Shown here piece after piece: positions 22,936-32,900 of a stretch of DNA of 64,000 nucleotides. The notes under the pieces are model-generated. The model was not told the DNA's origin and made no database searches. It worked only from the letters and a program-made list of their open reading frames with translations. How positions within the stretch are numbered: position 1 is the first letter of the stretch; every line of letters begins with the position of its first letter. The stretch comes from Pelagomonas calceolata (taxonomy: Eukaryota), in contig CAKKNE010000001.1 of NCBI GenBank assembly GCA_918797485.1, positions 2,046,001 through 2,110,000 of the forward strand, written 5' to 3'. A program made the translations under genes and the position numbers.

Positions 22936-24369
22936 TCACTCGGGGCCGCAGCAGCACGCGCGGGCCTGTGGGCGCGGGCCGTCCCTCGCGCTCCGGCACT
23001 CGAGCCACGTCGATTTCCGCGACGACGTCAGCAGGGGAAAGTAGTCGGCGCCCCAGCGTTCCTTCGTCGCGTCGCAGGTCTCGATGTGCGAGAAGCACGA
23101 CGCGCAGTCGCCGGCCGCCCAGGCGATACCGTCCGTGGGACGCAGCTCCGCGGCCGAGCAGAGCCGCCGGTCGCCGCAGGCGGCTTTCGCAGCCGCGGCC
23201 GTCGGTACGAGCTGTTGCGAGCAGTTCGGCGTCGCCGCCGCGGGCCGCTCGTGGAAGCGCCGCAATAAACTCCGGTACGGAATTGTCGAAGTGCAGCCAC
23301 GGTTGCCGTCGATGGAGATGGACCGCGCGGCCCTATTATCCATGTCGGCGACCCAAAGGGCGTCCTTCGAGTGCGCGTGTTGCGCCAGGCGCCGTCTTCC
23401 GGAAGGAGGTGGGGCCGCGGCGGCGATGATAGAGTGGGGCCGCGAGAAGGACGGGACGGTCCCGCAGCCGTCGCCGGCGCCGTGTCCGCGGCCCACGACG
23501 CCAACGGTGTACGGGGGCGCGGAAAAGGCGTGCGCTTCGACCCAGCTGGAGTGCCCCTTCGTCACGAGGAGGTAGACCTTCTCCCCGAGCACCGCCAGCG
23601 CCCGCGCGTAGCGCATGTTCTCCGTGACGTAGGTCGCCAGGACCGGCGCGTGTGGTACGAGGGTGATGTTGAGAGTGATGTTGAGGACGACCACGCCGTC
23701 GCCCCCCAAGACGTAGAGCGCCTCGACCCCCATCCATGGCCCGAAGGCCAGCGCGTAGGGCTTCCGCGGGTGGCCGAAAATCCTAGCGGAGGTGGCGTTG
23801 ACCCACACCAATGCATTCTCCGCGAGCGCGAGGTGCCTCCGCTCGCGGAACTTCGCGGAGACGATTTCCACAATGTCCGCGGCGTCCACACTTATTATGG
23901 TGTGGCGCGACTGGAAAGGTAGATAAATAACGCCGTCGTGCAATGCCAATCCTTTGGGGCCGTGCGTCATGTTCCGCCACGGCTCCGCGTCGACGGCGTA
24001 CGTGCCCTCTACAAGAGTCGTGTTCGGCCGGAAGGACGCGAACCACGCCGCGTACGTTGATAGGCGGTGTTGTCGATTCTCATCATAAGCCGACGCGAAG
24101 ACGTGGCCGCCGTGCTGCGCCGTGACGATTATCACACCCGGTTCATGATCTGTCGGTTGTCGTAGACACGCGACGCCGTGCGCGAAGATGCCGTAGGGCA
24201 GCGGGACGATGTCTACGACTTCCGCGCGGCGCGGGTCGAGGATCACGACGCTGTCGGCCGCCGAGTCCGCTATTGCAATGTGGTCCGGGCCGCAGAGCGC
24301 GACGCCGTTCGCGCCGCGGCTGCCTGCTTTTGCTAGCGCCGCGACCATGGGCAGCAGCAGGCGCCGCAT
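22936..24369 (-). CDS. Secreted NHL/beta-propeller-like protein with Cys-rich C-terminus
   Basis: Signal peptide; repeats IAIADSAADSV, GPKGLAL, FSRPHSI and LWVADMDNRAAR. Confidence 0.55.
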   Translation of the reverse strand: MRRLLLPMVAALAKAGSRGANGVALCGPDHIAIADSAADSVVILDPRRAEVVDIVPLPYGIFAHGVACLRQPTDHEPGVIIVTAQHGGHVFASAYDENRQHRLSTYAAWFASFRPNTTLVEGTYAVDAEPWRNMTHGPKGLALHDGVIYLPFQSRHTIISVDAADIVEIVSAKFRERRHLALAENALVWVNATSARIFGHPRKPYALAFGPWMGVEALYVLGGDGVVVLNITLNITLVPHAPVLATYVTENMRYARALAVLGEKVYLLVTKGHSSWVEAHAFSAPPYTVGVVGRGHGAGDGCGTVPSFSRPHSIIAAAAPPPSGRRRLAQHAHSKDALWVADMDNRAARSISIDGNRGCTSTIPYRSLLRRFHERPAAATPNCSQQLVPTAAAAKAACGDRRLCSAAELRPTDGIAWAAGDCASCFSHIETCDATKERWGADYFPLLTSSRKSTWLECRSARDGPRPQARACCCGPE

Positions 24370-24913
24370 GCTTGTTTCACTGCACAGCTGCCATTGTGCT
24401 GCAATGCGCTACTGGCCGCACTGTTGCGGGCAGCGGTTGCTGCAATGGCGGCTGCACGACAAATATTTGATACTATTGTGTGTTGGGGCAGCGTTGGTGC
24501 ATGAATTAAGGGCGTCCCAGTCCCTCGAATGCCCTTGATGACATGAGCAAATAATCAGGATAATCAGGGACCCACCCGCAACTGCACGTAACACCCCTAA
24601 TGTCCGAGTCACGATTACTTAGGTCCGCGACTCAGTAGTTCTCGTTCGCGCTAGCGGCCTGTAAGGCACTAGCGACATGGGGGGATGGTGAATTTCGAAG
24701 GCGTCGGCAAACACAATTGCGGCGCGCGATTGGCCGCAAGGATCATCTCATAAGTATCCAGTAGTCGGCTGCGCGTTGTGGTCGATCGCGCTCCTCTCTT
24801 ATTGGACGCGACGCTTCAGACGAAACGCCCACTCTCAGAGCAGTGCAACAGTGCGTGAGCGCACGCTCGTAAGCAGTGCAACAGTGCGTGCAGCGCAGCG
24901 CTCGTAAGCTCTC

Positions 24914-26398
24914 ATGGATCGACTAGACACGCACCGCCGACACGAGGACGTCGCCCCCGAACACCTGCACAGGGACCGCACCGTCGACGCGCTCGACCTC
25001 GCTGGGCATCAGCGGTGGCAAACGCGCCCCGGGTTTCTTCATGACATGAAGTCGTTTTTAGTGGACTGCGTTTCTCCTTTGATGCTGGCGTCAAGGGGTC
25101 CGCCCCGGCCTCTGCCGCGCGTCGGTCCCGAGCCCACCACGCAGCGCGTCGAACCCAAGCCTGGTGACAGAGTTCGCGTCGTTGATGGGAGTTCCTCGTA
25201 CGAAGCTGAGCTATTGTCGATCGAAGACACGCACCCCGATGGAAATGGGCGCATACATACAGATGGGATCCTGAAACTCGACGACGGTGAATACAGGATC
25301 GTCGACTTCTGGAAAATATCCAAGGTAGCAACGGAACCGCAGACGCCGCGGCCGCCCGACCTGCCGCGCGAGCTCCGGGACGCCGGCTGGTCCATCGAGC
25401 TCCATCGGACGGGTCGGTGGTTCTACCAGCACCGGATGCCGGGCGGCCGCCCCAGTACGCAGTACGAGCGGCCGGGCTGGCCCGACGCGCCGGTCGAGGC
25501 GCCGCTGCGGCGGACGCTGCCGGTCGATCGCGATCCGTTCCGCGCCCTGCCGGCCGACGTCGTGGGCCGCATCCTCGAGAACTTTGCCCTCGACCCATGG
25601 GTCCGCGACGCGCTGGGGCACGCGGCCCTGGATCGCCACGGCCGGCGCGAGTGGAAGAACGACGCGGCGCTCGCGGACCTCCTCGCCTTTGGCCTCTGCT
25701 CTAAGGAAAGTCGGCGGGCCGCGACGACGGACGCGCTCTGGCGCGAGCGAATTGCCCTCCTCGAGCGGACGCACGTCTGTCCGAGCGAACCCGCGGGCGC
25801 CTGGGCGTGGCGTTCTCAGGAACTCGACGCCTACGTGGACCCGCGCATCATTTACCCCAAAGCCTACGCGGCCTATACGTGCTTTCGACGGTACGAGAGA
25901 CTGGGGGAGATTCGAAACAACGTGCGTTGGAAGCTGCAGCGGCTTCGCAACGAAAAGCATTGGACCGCGCGGGACCAGGCAAAGTTAGCGGAGGTCTCCA
26001 ATATGGCTCGCGAGGCTCTCGAGGGCGAACAAGCAGGGGAGGCTGAAGACGAAACGTTGCCGAAGCACGACCTTACGACCTGCACTCGGCACAGCTACGA
26101 GGACTGCTTCAAGTTTTGCGAGAGCCACGTCGTAGCGAGGACGATCGTGCAGTTCGCGATGCGACAGCTCGATGGCGGCGTCGACGGTCAAGTGCGGACT
26201 CTGATCGCGCGCGGATTCGCCGACGTGGATGTTACCGGCCTCATCTCCAAGGAGGAAGATCTCGACCCCGTGGAAGATCCTGAGGACGAGTGGGATGCTG
26301 AAGATAATGTTGCGTTTGCCGTGTCGGGATGCGGCAGGCTGAACCCATTCCGATACGAATTCGACGACCTGCCGCCGGAGCCTGAGGCAGCCGCTTAG
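24914..26398 (+). CDS. Protein with WW-like and F-box-like motifs
   Basis: GWSIELHRTGRWFYQH..STQYERP; DPFRALPADVVGRILENF..DALWR. Confidence 0.55.
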   Translation: MDRLDTHRRHEDVAPEHLHRDRTVDALDLAGHQRWQTRPGFLHDMKSFLVDCVSPLMLASRGPPRPLPRVGPEPTTQRVEPKPGDRVRVVDGSSSYEAELLSIEDTHPDGNGRIHTDGILKLDDGEYRIVDFWKISKVATEPQTPRPPDLPRELRDAGWSIELHRTGRWFYQHRMPGGRPSTQYERPGWPDAPVEAPLRRTLPVDRDPFRALPADVVGRILENFALDPWVRDALGHAALDRHGRREWKNDAALADLLAFGLCSKESRRAATTDALWRERIALLERTHVCPSEPAGAWAWRSQELDAYVDPRIIYPKAYAAYTCFRRYERLGEIRNNVRWKLQRLRNEKHWTARDQAKLAEVSNMAREALEGEQAGEAEDETLPKHDLTTCTRHSYEDCFKFCESHVVARTIVQFAMRQLDGGVDGQVRTLIARGFADVDVTGLISKEEDLDPVEDPEDEWDAEDNVAFAVSGCGRLNPFRYEFDDLPPEPEAAA

Positions 26399-26522
26399 TG
26401 TGTGTAAGTAAGAATAGTGTGTCTACTAGCTAATCCCCGGGCGCCGCGCGCAGCTGACGTTGTGGGCGCGGTGCCTTCTTGCTAGTTACAGACACTAGCT
26501 GCCTAAGCTTGAAGGCAAGCAC

Positions 26523-26661
26523 ACACCATATAGCACGGTGGGATTTTTTTTTTCATCTTCATTTTCTTCAAAAATCCTCACTCCGTTCGAATTTTATCAG
26601 AAAACTCAGTGAAAGCAAAAAATACACTCGCTACGCTCGTTCCCACCGTGCTATATGGTGT
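26523..26661. mobile_element. MITE-like element with perfect 21-bp terminal inverted repeats
   Basis: ACACCATATAGCACGGTGGGA (26523-26543) and its reverse complement (26641-26661) around an AT-rich interior; no clear TSD. Confidence 0.6.
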
Positions 26662-26805
26662 CGACCTCGTCGTCAAAAATGTTCCGCTTCGCTGCACATT
26701 TTTTTCTCCTCGGTCGGGGGGCGGCAAAAATGTTTTAAATTTTGCGTAAGATTTTTTAAAGATTTTTAAGATTTTGATCGGACGGCCTCCGTTTTCCTGG
26801 CGGAG

Positions 26806-27354
26806 ATGATCATCAACGAGGAAACGCAGGGGACGCCGGCCGAGGCTCTCGCCCTCCTCGAGGCGATTCCGATGGGGGACGGGAGAAACCTGTTAACACC
26901 GACCATCGAAGGATCGGTCGAGTTCTTGCTCGGCATGTGCCACAAGAAATTAGCGGCGACGCCGGACGACGAGCATGCGCGCCGTACGTTCCAGCACATG
27001 CAACGTGCGACGAAGATCCCTTCGCCGCACACCTACGACGCCGTCTGCGAGTTCGCGGCGCTCGCGGCGGCGGCGGATTTCCCGACACATGCTGCTATTA
27101 TGTTTCTGTTGGGGTGCAAGGCGGGTCACGCGCGGTGCACCGAGCGCGTGCGAGAGCTCACTGCGGCGGACCCGCTGAACGTGCACTTCGTCCGAGGAGT
27201 CTGGGCCGCGCGGTCGAATGGTCTTTTAACCGACGACGAAGCCAGTCGCAACCCGACGCTCGTGGCGGCCTGGGCGTTGGCGGAAGCCAATCCGTCCGAA
27301 AATCTTCCGATGTTCGCGCAGGCGGCCGCAGCGGAGGCGGAGGAGGCCGCCTAG
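26806..27354 (+). CDS. Hypothetical helical protein
   Basis: 182-aa ATG-initiated ORF with coding-like composition. Confidence 0.5.
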   Translation: MIINEETQGTPAEALALLEAIPMGDGRNLLTPTIEGSVEFLLGMCHKKLAATPDDEHARRTFQHMQRATKIPSPHTYDAVCEFAALAAAADFPTHAAIMFLLGCKAGHARCTERVRELTAADPLNVHFVRGVWAARSNGLLTDDEASRNPTLVAAWALAEANPSENLPMFAQAAAAEAEEAA

Positions 27355-27439
27355 ACCTCGTAAGCAGTAAGTACAATAGTACAATAAAAATGCAAAACCT
27401 CCTCTATGCGGTGGGAACTTGACTTTATGCTTAAATATA

Positions 27440-29506
27440 CTACCCCTCGTCACCCCCGGACGACGACGCCTCGACCAGCGCCCCGAGCCGCGCGACCTCC
27501 TGCTGCAGCGCCTCGACCTCGGCCCGCCGCCGTTCTTCCAGCGCGTTCATGTTTTTTCCAGCATTCCGCAGCAGCTCGCGCGTCCGCTCGAGCGCATCGT
27601 CCTCATTCCGCGAAGCGAGCTCGCCCTCCAACCGGTCGATCTCGTCCCGCGCCGCGACCAACTCGCTCTCGCGCGCGTCACGCAATTCCACGTCGCCGGC
27701 GTGGTCCGCCACGAGCGCCTCCGCCGCCTCCCGCCGTCGAACTTCCGCAGCTAACGCATCCCGCAGCTTCTGCGACGAGTCCCGGTGGTCCCGTTCGAGC
27801 TCCGCGACCGCCACAGCCTGCTCGTCGGCCAAGGCCCGGTAGTCGCTCACGAGCCGTTCCCGCGCGTCCGCGTCCGCCCTAGCGCGCCGTCGTTCGCGGT
27901 CGCGTCGACGAGCGAGTAAAGCCTCCATCCTCAGACCCGTCGCGCGCGCTTCCTCGATGCAGACGCCGACTTCGGTCCTTAATAAAGCTTCCGCCGCTCT
28001 ACGACCGTCTCTCGCGTCGTTGACGTGCTGGTCCCGCCGCGACATCTCGCCCGACACTTGATTGAGTGACGCCGTCGCCGCTGCCAAATCTGCGCCGCGG
28101 CGCTCCGCTTCTCGGCTGATCTCGGACCGTCGCCGCGCGTCCGCCAATCTAGCCTTGTCGTGGGCCTGTTCCAACTCGCTCACCAGATCATTGTGGGTCC
28201 GGGACTGCTCCTGCAAGGCTTTGCTCTTGGACTCGGAGAACTCCTGGCGCGCCCTCGCGACGTCGACTTGCGCTCTTCTCACAATAGTCTCGTGCGCCAC
28301 CGCTGAGGAAGCCGCATCGGCGGCTCGAGCGGCATCGAGCATCTCCACGGAAGACCGTAACGCGTCGATAACTGCATGGGATTCTAGCAGTTGTAAATCA
28401 CGCTGCGCCAGTTGAGCTATTAACGAAGCTTCTAAAGCGTCCCTATCACGCAACGCTTCCGCGGCGTCGTCGTCCCAGGCCGTTTGGAGCTTCGTCAAAT
28501 CCGCGTCGCGCTTCGTATGCAGCTCCTCGAGTTCGGTCTCGAGCCCGCGCGCGTAGTCCAAACTTCCAAGTCGCGCGACCTCCTTCTCCCGCCGATCCGC
28601 AGCTTTCGCCAATCGATCAAAGGCGGCAATCGCGGCGGCCTTCTCGTCCTCCAATTTCTGACAGTTCTCCGCATGTTTTTTGGCCTCGCGCTGCGTCGAC
28701 TCGTGTTTTTCTAGTAACGCCTGGTTCGCCGCCGCGTGGGCCGCGCCGAGTTTCGAAAGTTGTTCGGCATGTCTCGCTTGCTGTCTCCTCTGTAACGCGT
28801 CGCCCCTTGGAGCTTTTTTGGCAACTTCGAGCAGCCGCTGGGCCTGTTCTAGTTTAGATCGGTAGTCGTCGCGCTCCTTCCTTAGTCTCTTCGCGTCGTC
28901 CTCGGCGGCGGTCCTTGCTACTCTAGCAGCAGCGGCCACCGCGCGCGCCTCGGACAGAGCACCTCGCAACGCGTCGCCGTCGTTCGACACGCGCTCGGGC
29001 GAGGGCGGGCCATCTTTCTTCGAAACGCGGGGCACGGGCGGCGGACTGGGAGGCGGCGGCGGCCGTCTTGGGGATGGACCGTCTTTTCTATGTAACCAGT
29101 CGGCCGCGGCCATGTGTCCTTCGGAAGCGGCATCCGCTATGAGTGAATGCGCCTTCTCCGCATCCTTGCGCGTGCCCCGCCCCTCGAACGTGAACAGCCC
29201 GAGTCTATACCTAGCTTCCGCGCAGTCGGCAATTCTTAACCATTCGCAAGCTTCGCGCTCGTCCCGCTTCACACCGCCCGCACCTTCGGCCAACAACTGG
29301 GCGTACTGGCACTGGGCCTCGGTCTTGCCGAGCTCCGCGGACTTGATGAGGAGTCGTAAAGCTTCCTTGCGGTCTCTTTGTACACCGTCGCCGCCTCGCG
29401 CCGTCAACACAGACAACCCGTACGCCGCGTCGGCGTCGACCTCGCAGCGCTGCCTTAATAGCGCGGCCGTCGCGCCCAAAGGTTCCTCGGCCAGTTTCGA
29501 CGCCAT
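27440..29506 (-). CDS. Sel1-repeat and long coiled-coil protein
   Basis: GGDGVQRDRKEA, GGVKRDEREA and ARYRLGLFTFEGRGTRKDAEKA, followed by coiled coil. Confidence 0.75.
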   Translation of the reverse strand: MASKLAEEPLGATAALLRQRCEVDADAAYGLSVLTARGGDGVQRDRKEALRLLIKSAELGKTEAQCQYAQLLAEGAGGVKRDEREACEWLRIADCAEARYRLGLFTFEGRGTRKDAEKAHSLIADAASEGHMAAADWLHRKDGPSPRRPPPPPSPPPVPRVSKKDGPPSPERVSNDGDALRGALSEARAVAAAARVARTAAEDDAKRLRKERDDYRSKLEQAQRLLEVAKKAPRGDALQRRQQARHAEQLSKLGAAHAAANQALLEKHESTQREAKKHAENCQKLEDEKAAAIAAFDRLAKAADRREKEVARLGSLDYARGLETELEELHTKRDADLTKLQTAWDDDAAEALRDRDALEASLIAQLAQRDLQLLESHAVIDALRSSVEMLDAARAADAASSAVAHETIVRRAQVDVARARQEFSESKSKALQEQSRTHNDLVSELEQAHDKARLADARRRSEISREAERRGADLAAATASLNQVSGEMSRRDQHVNDARDGRRAAEALLRTEVGVCIEEARATGLRMEALLARRRDRERRRARADADARERLVSDYRALADEQAVAVAELERDHRDSSQKLRDALAAEVRRREAAEALVADHAGDVELRDARESELVAARDEIDRLEGELASRNEDDALERTRELLRNAGKNMNALEERRRAEVEALQQEVARLGALVEASSSGGDEG

Positions 29507-29931
29507 CGATGACCTGGGGGCTGCCCTCGGCCCCAACGCTGCTTCGTTTGCCGCGCGCGACCGATGTGTTTTGGGGGGCGTCGCCTCGTCGGCGTCGCGC
29601 CGGCGTCCTTGGTCACAGCGCGCAAGCTGTGAGAGCGGCTCCCTGCTCAGGGCTGAGCGCCGTGCATTAAAGCTCCGACCCGGTCCGGAAGCCGTCCATG
29701 GCTACCCGAATCACTCGAGGAGATCCAAAAAGTTGTGAACTCTAGAGAGTCTCAGCTAATAATCTCGGGCGAGGGCAAACGCAGAGCGCGGCGTGCAGCA
29801 CAGCCGCTGTTCAAGTTGAATAGCGCTGCAGCTGTAAATAATATAACTGTTCACGCATCAATCGCGGCACCAGAAATAAATCACTGCAACCACAAAAAAC
29901 AAGCACTCACCGCACTGCTGCAGCGCACAAA

Positions 29932-32900
29932 ATGCGCAGCGCCGACCCCAGCAAAGCCGAGGCCGTCGGCGGCCGCATCCGCTTCCAGGCGCCGCGCAAG
30001 CGCTTCAAAGCTTTGAGAGATGAAGCCGCGACGACGTCGCGCCACGACACGGTGGCGCTCGTCGAGGGCGAAGAAGGTTATGCATTAGCGTTGGGCGATC
30101 AATCGAAAAGCCGCGACGCCTGCCTGCTGAAGGCCGAGCTCGAACGATTGGGCGGCCTCGAGAAACGTGCAGAGTACAAGGAGCGTTACCAGACCCCTCT
30201 GTGGCCCTTGTGCCAATCTTTGCCGGAGGTCGTCGTCAACGTCAATAAAATCGCTTCTTTGCTCGGCGAGGCTTTTACAGAAGCGCCGCTACCGTCCGTC
30301 TTCTCGCTGGCGTCGGTGCTAGCTAGAGATGCGGGGCCCGCGTTGGCCAAAGATTCGTTGGACGTCCTCGTACATGGTTTAGTACAGGCCGTCTCCAGCA
30401 AAGACGCGGACACGGCAAGTGCCGCGGCTAGAGCCTTAGATTATGTGTTCAAGTACTGCGCGTCCCATTTACTGGAAGGCCTCGCGGAGACCGGCTGGCC
30501 GTCTCATTGTAGACGGCACTACGCTTCCTTATTAGGAGCGCCGACGGACGACGCGCGGTTGCTCGGCGCGCGGGCCCTCGCTCGACTCATAAGGAGGGCG
30601 CACGACGATAATGCCGTGGAGGCGCACGTCGGCAACGTCTGTTCATCGGTAGCTCAACGACAAACGAAGCACGTCGCTTCGGGTTTAGCGCATTTCGTGG
30701 TGGAGCTTTCCTTAGGAATTCGCGGGCGGCTGCACACGCGCGCGCGGTCCGCTTTATTGCCTTGCGTTGCAAAGGCGCCAGCCGACGTTTTACAGGAGGT
30801 GCTCCAGCGTATCATGGACGCGACGCGGCCGGGCGACGACATCGAACCGTTGTGGAGTTTGTGTGTGGATCTCCCTGAAACAATACCGCGCGACCGCGCG
30901 TTGGCCACGCTAGCTTGCGTCGTCAGATGGCGGCGCGGGCGCTTACTCACGCCGCGACTGCGGGACGGCGCCGCGGACGACGCGGCGCTGCCTCATTCAT
31001 TAGCGTTGTCTCGGTCAAATCAACTGCGGGCGCTGCTCGACGCGGAGCCGGTCTCGCCAGAATCCATGCAACTGCTCGACGCCTGCGTCCTCGGCGCGTC
31101 CGCGTCGGCGGTCGGCCCGCTGACGCGTCTCTGCAACGAAAGGGTAGGGGCGTGGCTCGCCGCCGCTTTTGATGCGGCACCGGTGCGCGCGAGCCGGTCG
31201 CTGGAAGGCGCGTCGCGGGTCGCGGCCCTCTCTTTTGAACCCATCCTCGCGCGGGCCGCTTCCTTATCATCGCAGGACGCGGCCGCGGCCCTAGTGATCG
31301 CGCGGCGCGCGCTCGACGCCTCTTCCTCATCGGCGGAGCTGCCCTTCGTCGGCGCGCTTCTGCAGAATGAGGACCGGGCGATCCGCGTCGCTGCTTTGAA
31401 TGTTTGTGCGCATTGTAAAAGTGTGCCGCGCGCGCCCGTCGAGGCTTTGTTAGATGAAAACGACGGCGTCGTCTTCGGCGCGGCCCTGGCAGCTTTATCT
31501 GTGATAGACGCGCGCGCGGCGTCGATGAAGGCGGTGCGGGCGCGCGCACTCATCGAGAGCGCCGCCGTGCTCGAGGCGGCCGTCGTCGCTGTGGAAAGGC
31601 GCCCCGTCCCGCTGCCCGACGCGCTCGACGCGACGCTTGTGGACATGCTCGCGTCGCCCTTCACGCGCGCGCGCCGGCTTTCCAGGAGGCTCCTGAGCAC
31701 GACGGAGGCGGCTCCAGAGATTACTGATGACGCTTTAACAGCTACGACGCTCTCCATATTTAGCTCGCACCGGCGGTGGGCGCTGCGCCTCGCGGAGGCT
31801 GTGGATAGACTGCCGCTGGCCCTATCATCGGAGCGCCCTCTACAAAGGTTGTTGGGCGCGGCGGCGGCCGCGGCGCCGCGGCTCGACGCGGACGCGGCTT
31901 CGACTCTAGCAGCGGTCTGCGTCGGGCTTTTATCAATACGGTTCGCGCCGGCCTGGGCGTCGAGCACGCAAGCTTTGCAGGCCCTCGCCACCACGCACCC
32001 GTCAGAAACGTGGCCCTTTCTTCTCCGGCGATTGGAAACTTGCTGCGAGGCGCGAGCGACGCCGCCGCACAAAATAACCGAGAGCGTTTTCGACGCGGAC
32101 GACGCCTCGGAAATATTGAAGGAAGATTTGAGAAGGAAGGACGAGACCAATGGTCTCGGGAGTCCGCTAGGCGACGACGACGCCCCACTAGAAACGGAAA
32201 AGGCCCACGAGGTCTGCTGGAAGGCCGTCGACGCGTGCGGCGGTTTGAAACATGGCACCAAATACGCCGCGCGCACCTGCGTGGCGCTGCTCGAGAAATT
32301 ACTAAGGCAGGACGTCTTTCCGTCGTCGCGAGACGACCCCGACGGTAAAGATGTGTTAAGACACGTCGTCGAGAGCGACGCGCGGACACCGCTACAACCA
32401 TCCATTGCGCAGCGGCGGCTCGAGGTTGTATTAACTGTCTTTGCGAGCGCGCCGGCGCCTCTATCATTACCGCGCGGCGAGCAATTAAGGCGCGTCTACG
32501 AGGGTTTATTAGCGAGGCCGCGGGGCGACGTCGCGTTGCTTTCATTAAGATGCCTCGGGACGTATCGTCTCCCACACCTGAAGCCCTACGCATTGCGACT
32601 GGAGGCTTTGTTAGATGATGCCAAATTGCGAGAGACGCTCGTGAAGTTTCGCGTCGCGCGGGAGGGCGACGCGCGGTTACCGGAAGGTGCCCGAAAAGGC
32701 GACGACGACCAGCTCTGGACCGTCGACGATGCCCACCGGGCGGAGCTGATTCCATTAATCACAAGGGTACTCTATGGGCGGTTCCGCGCGCGGTCAGGCG
32801 CCGCGGGCGGCCGCCGCGGCGCGTCGCCTTCACTAAGACGGGCCACGATTTTAGCTTTTCTCGCGGCGCTGGAAAGCGAGGAGCTCGACGAGTTTATCAG

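Noticed and set aside
24480..24650. Possible C/D box snoRNA (TGATGA near 24536)
   Set aside because: No matching downstream CTGA D box or terminal stem.
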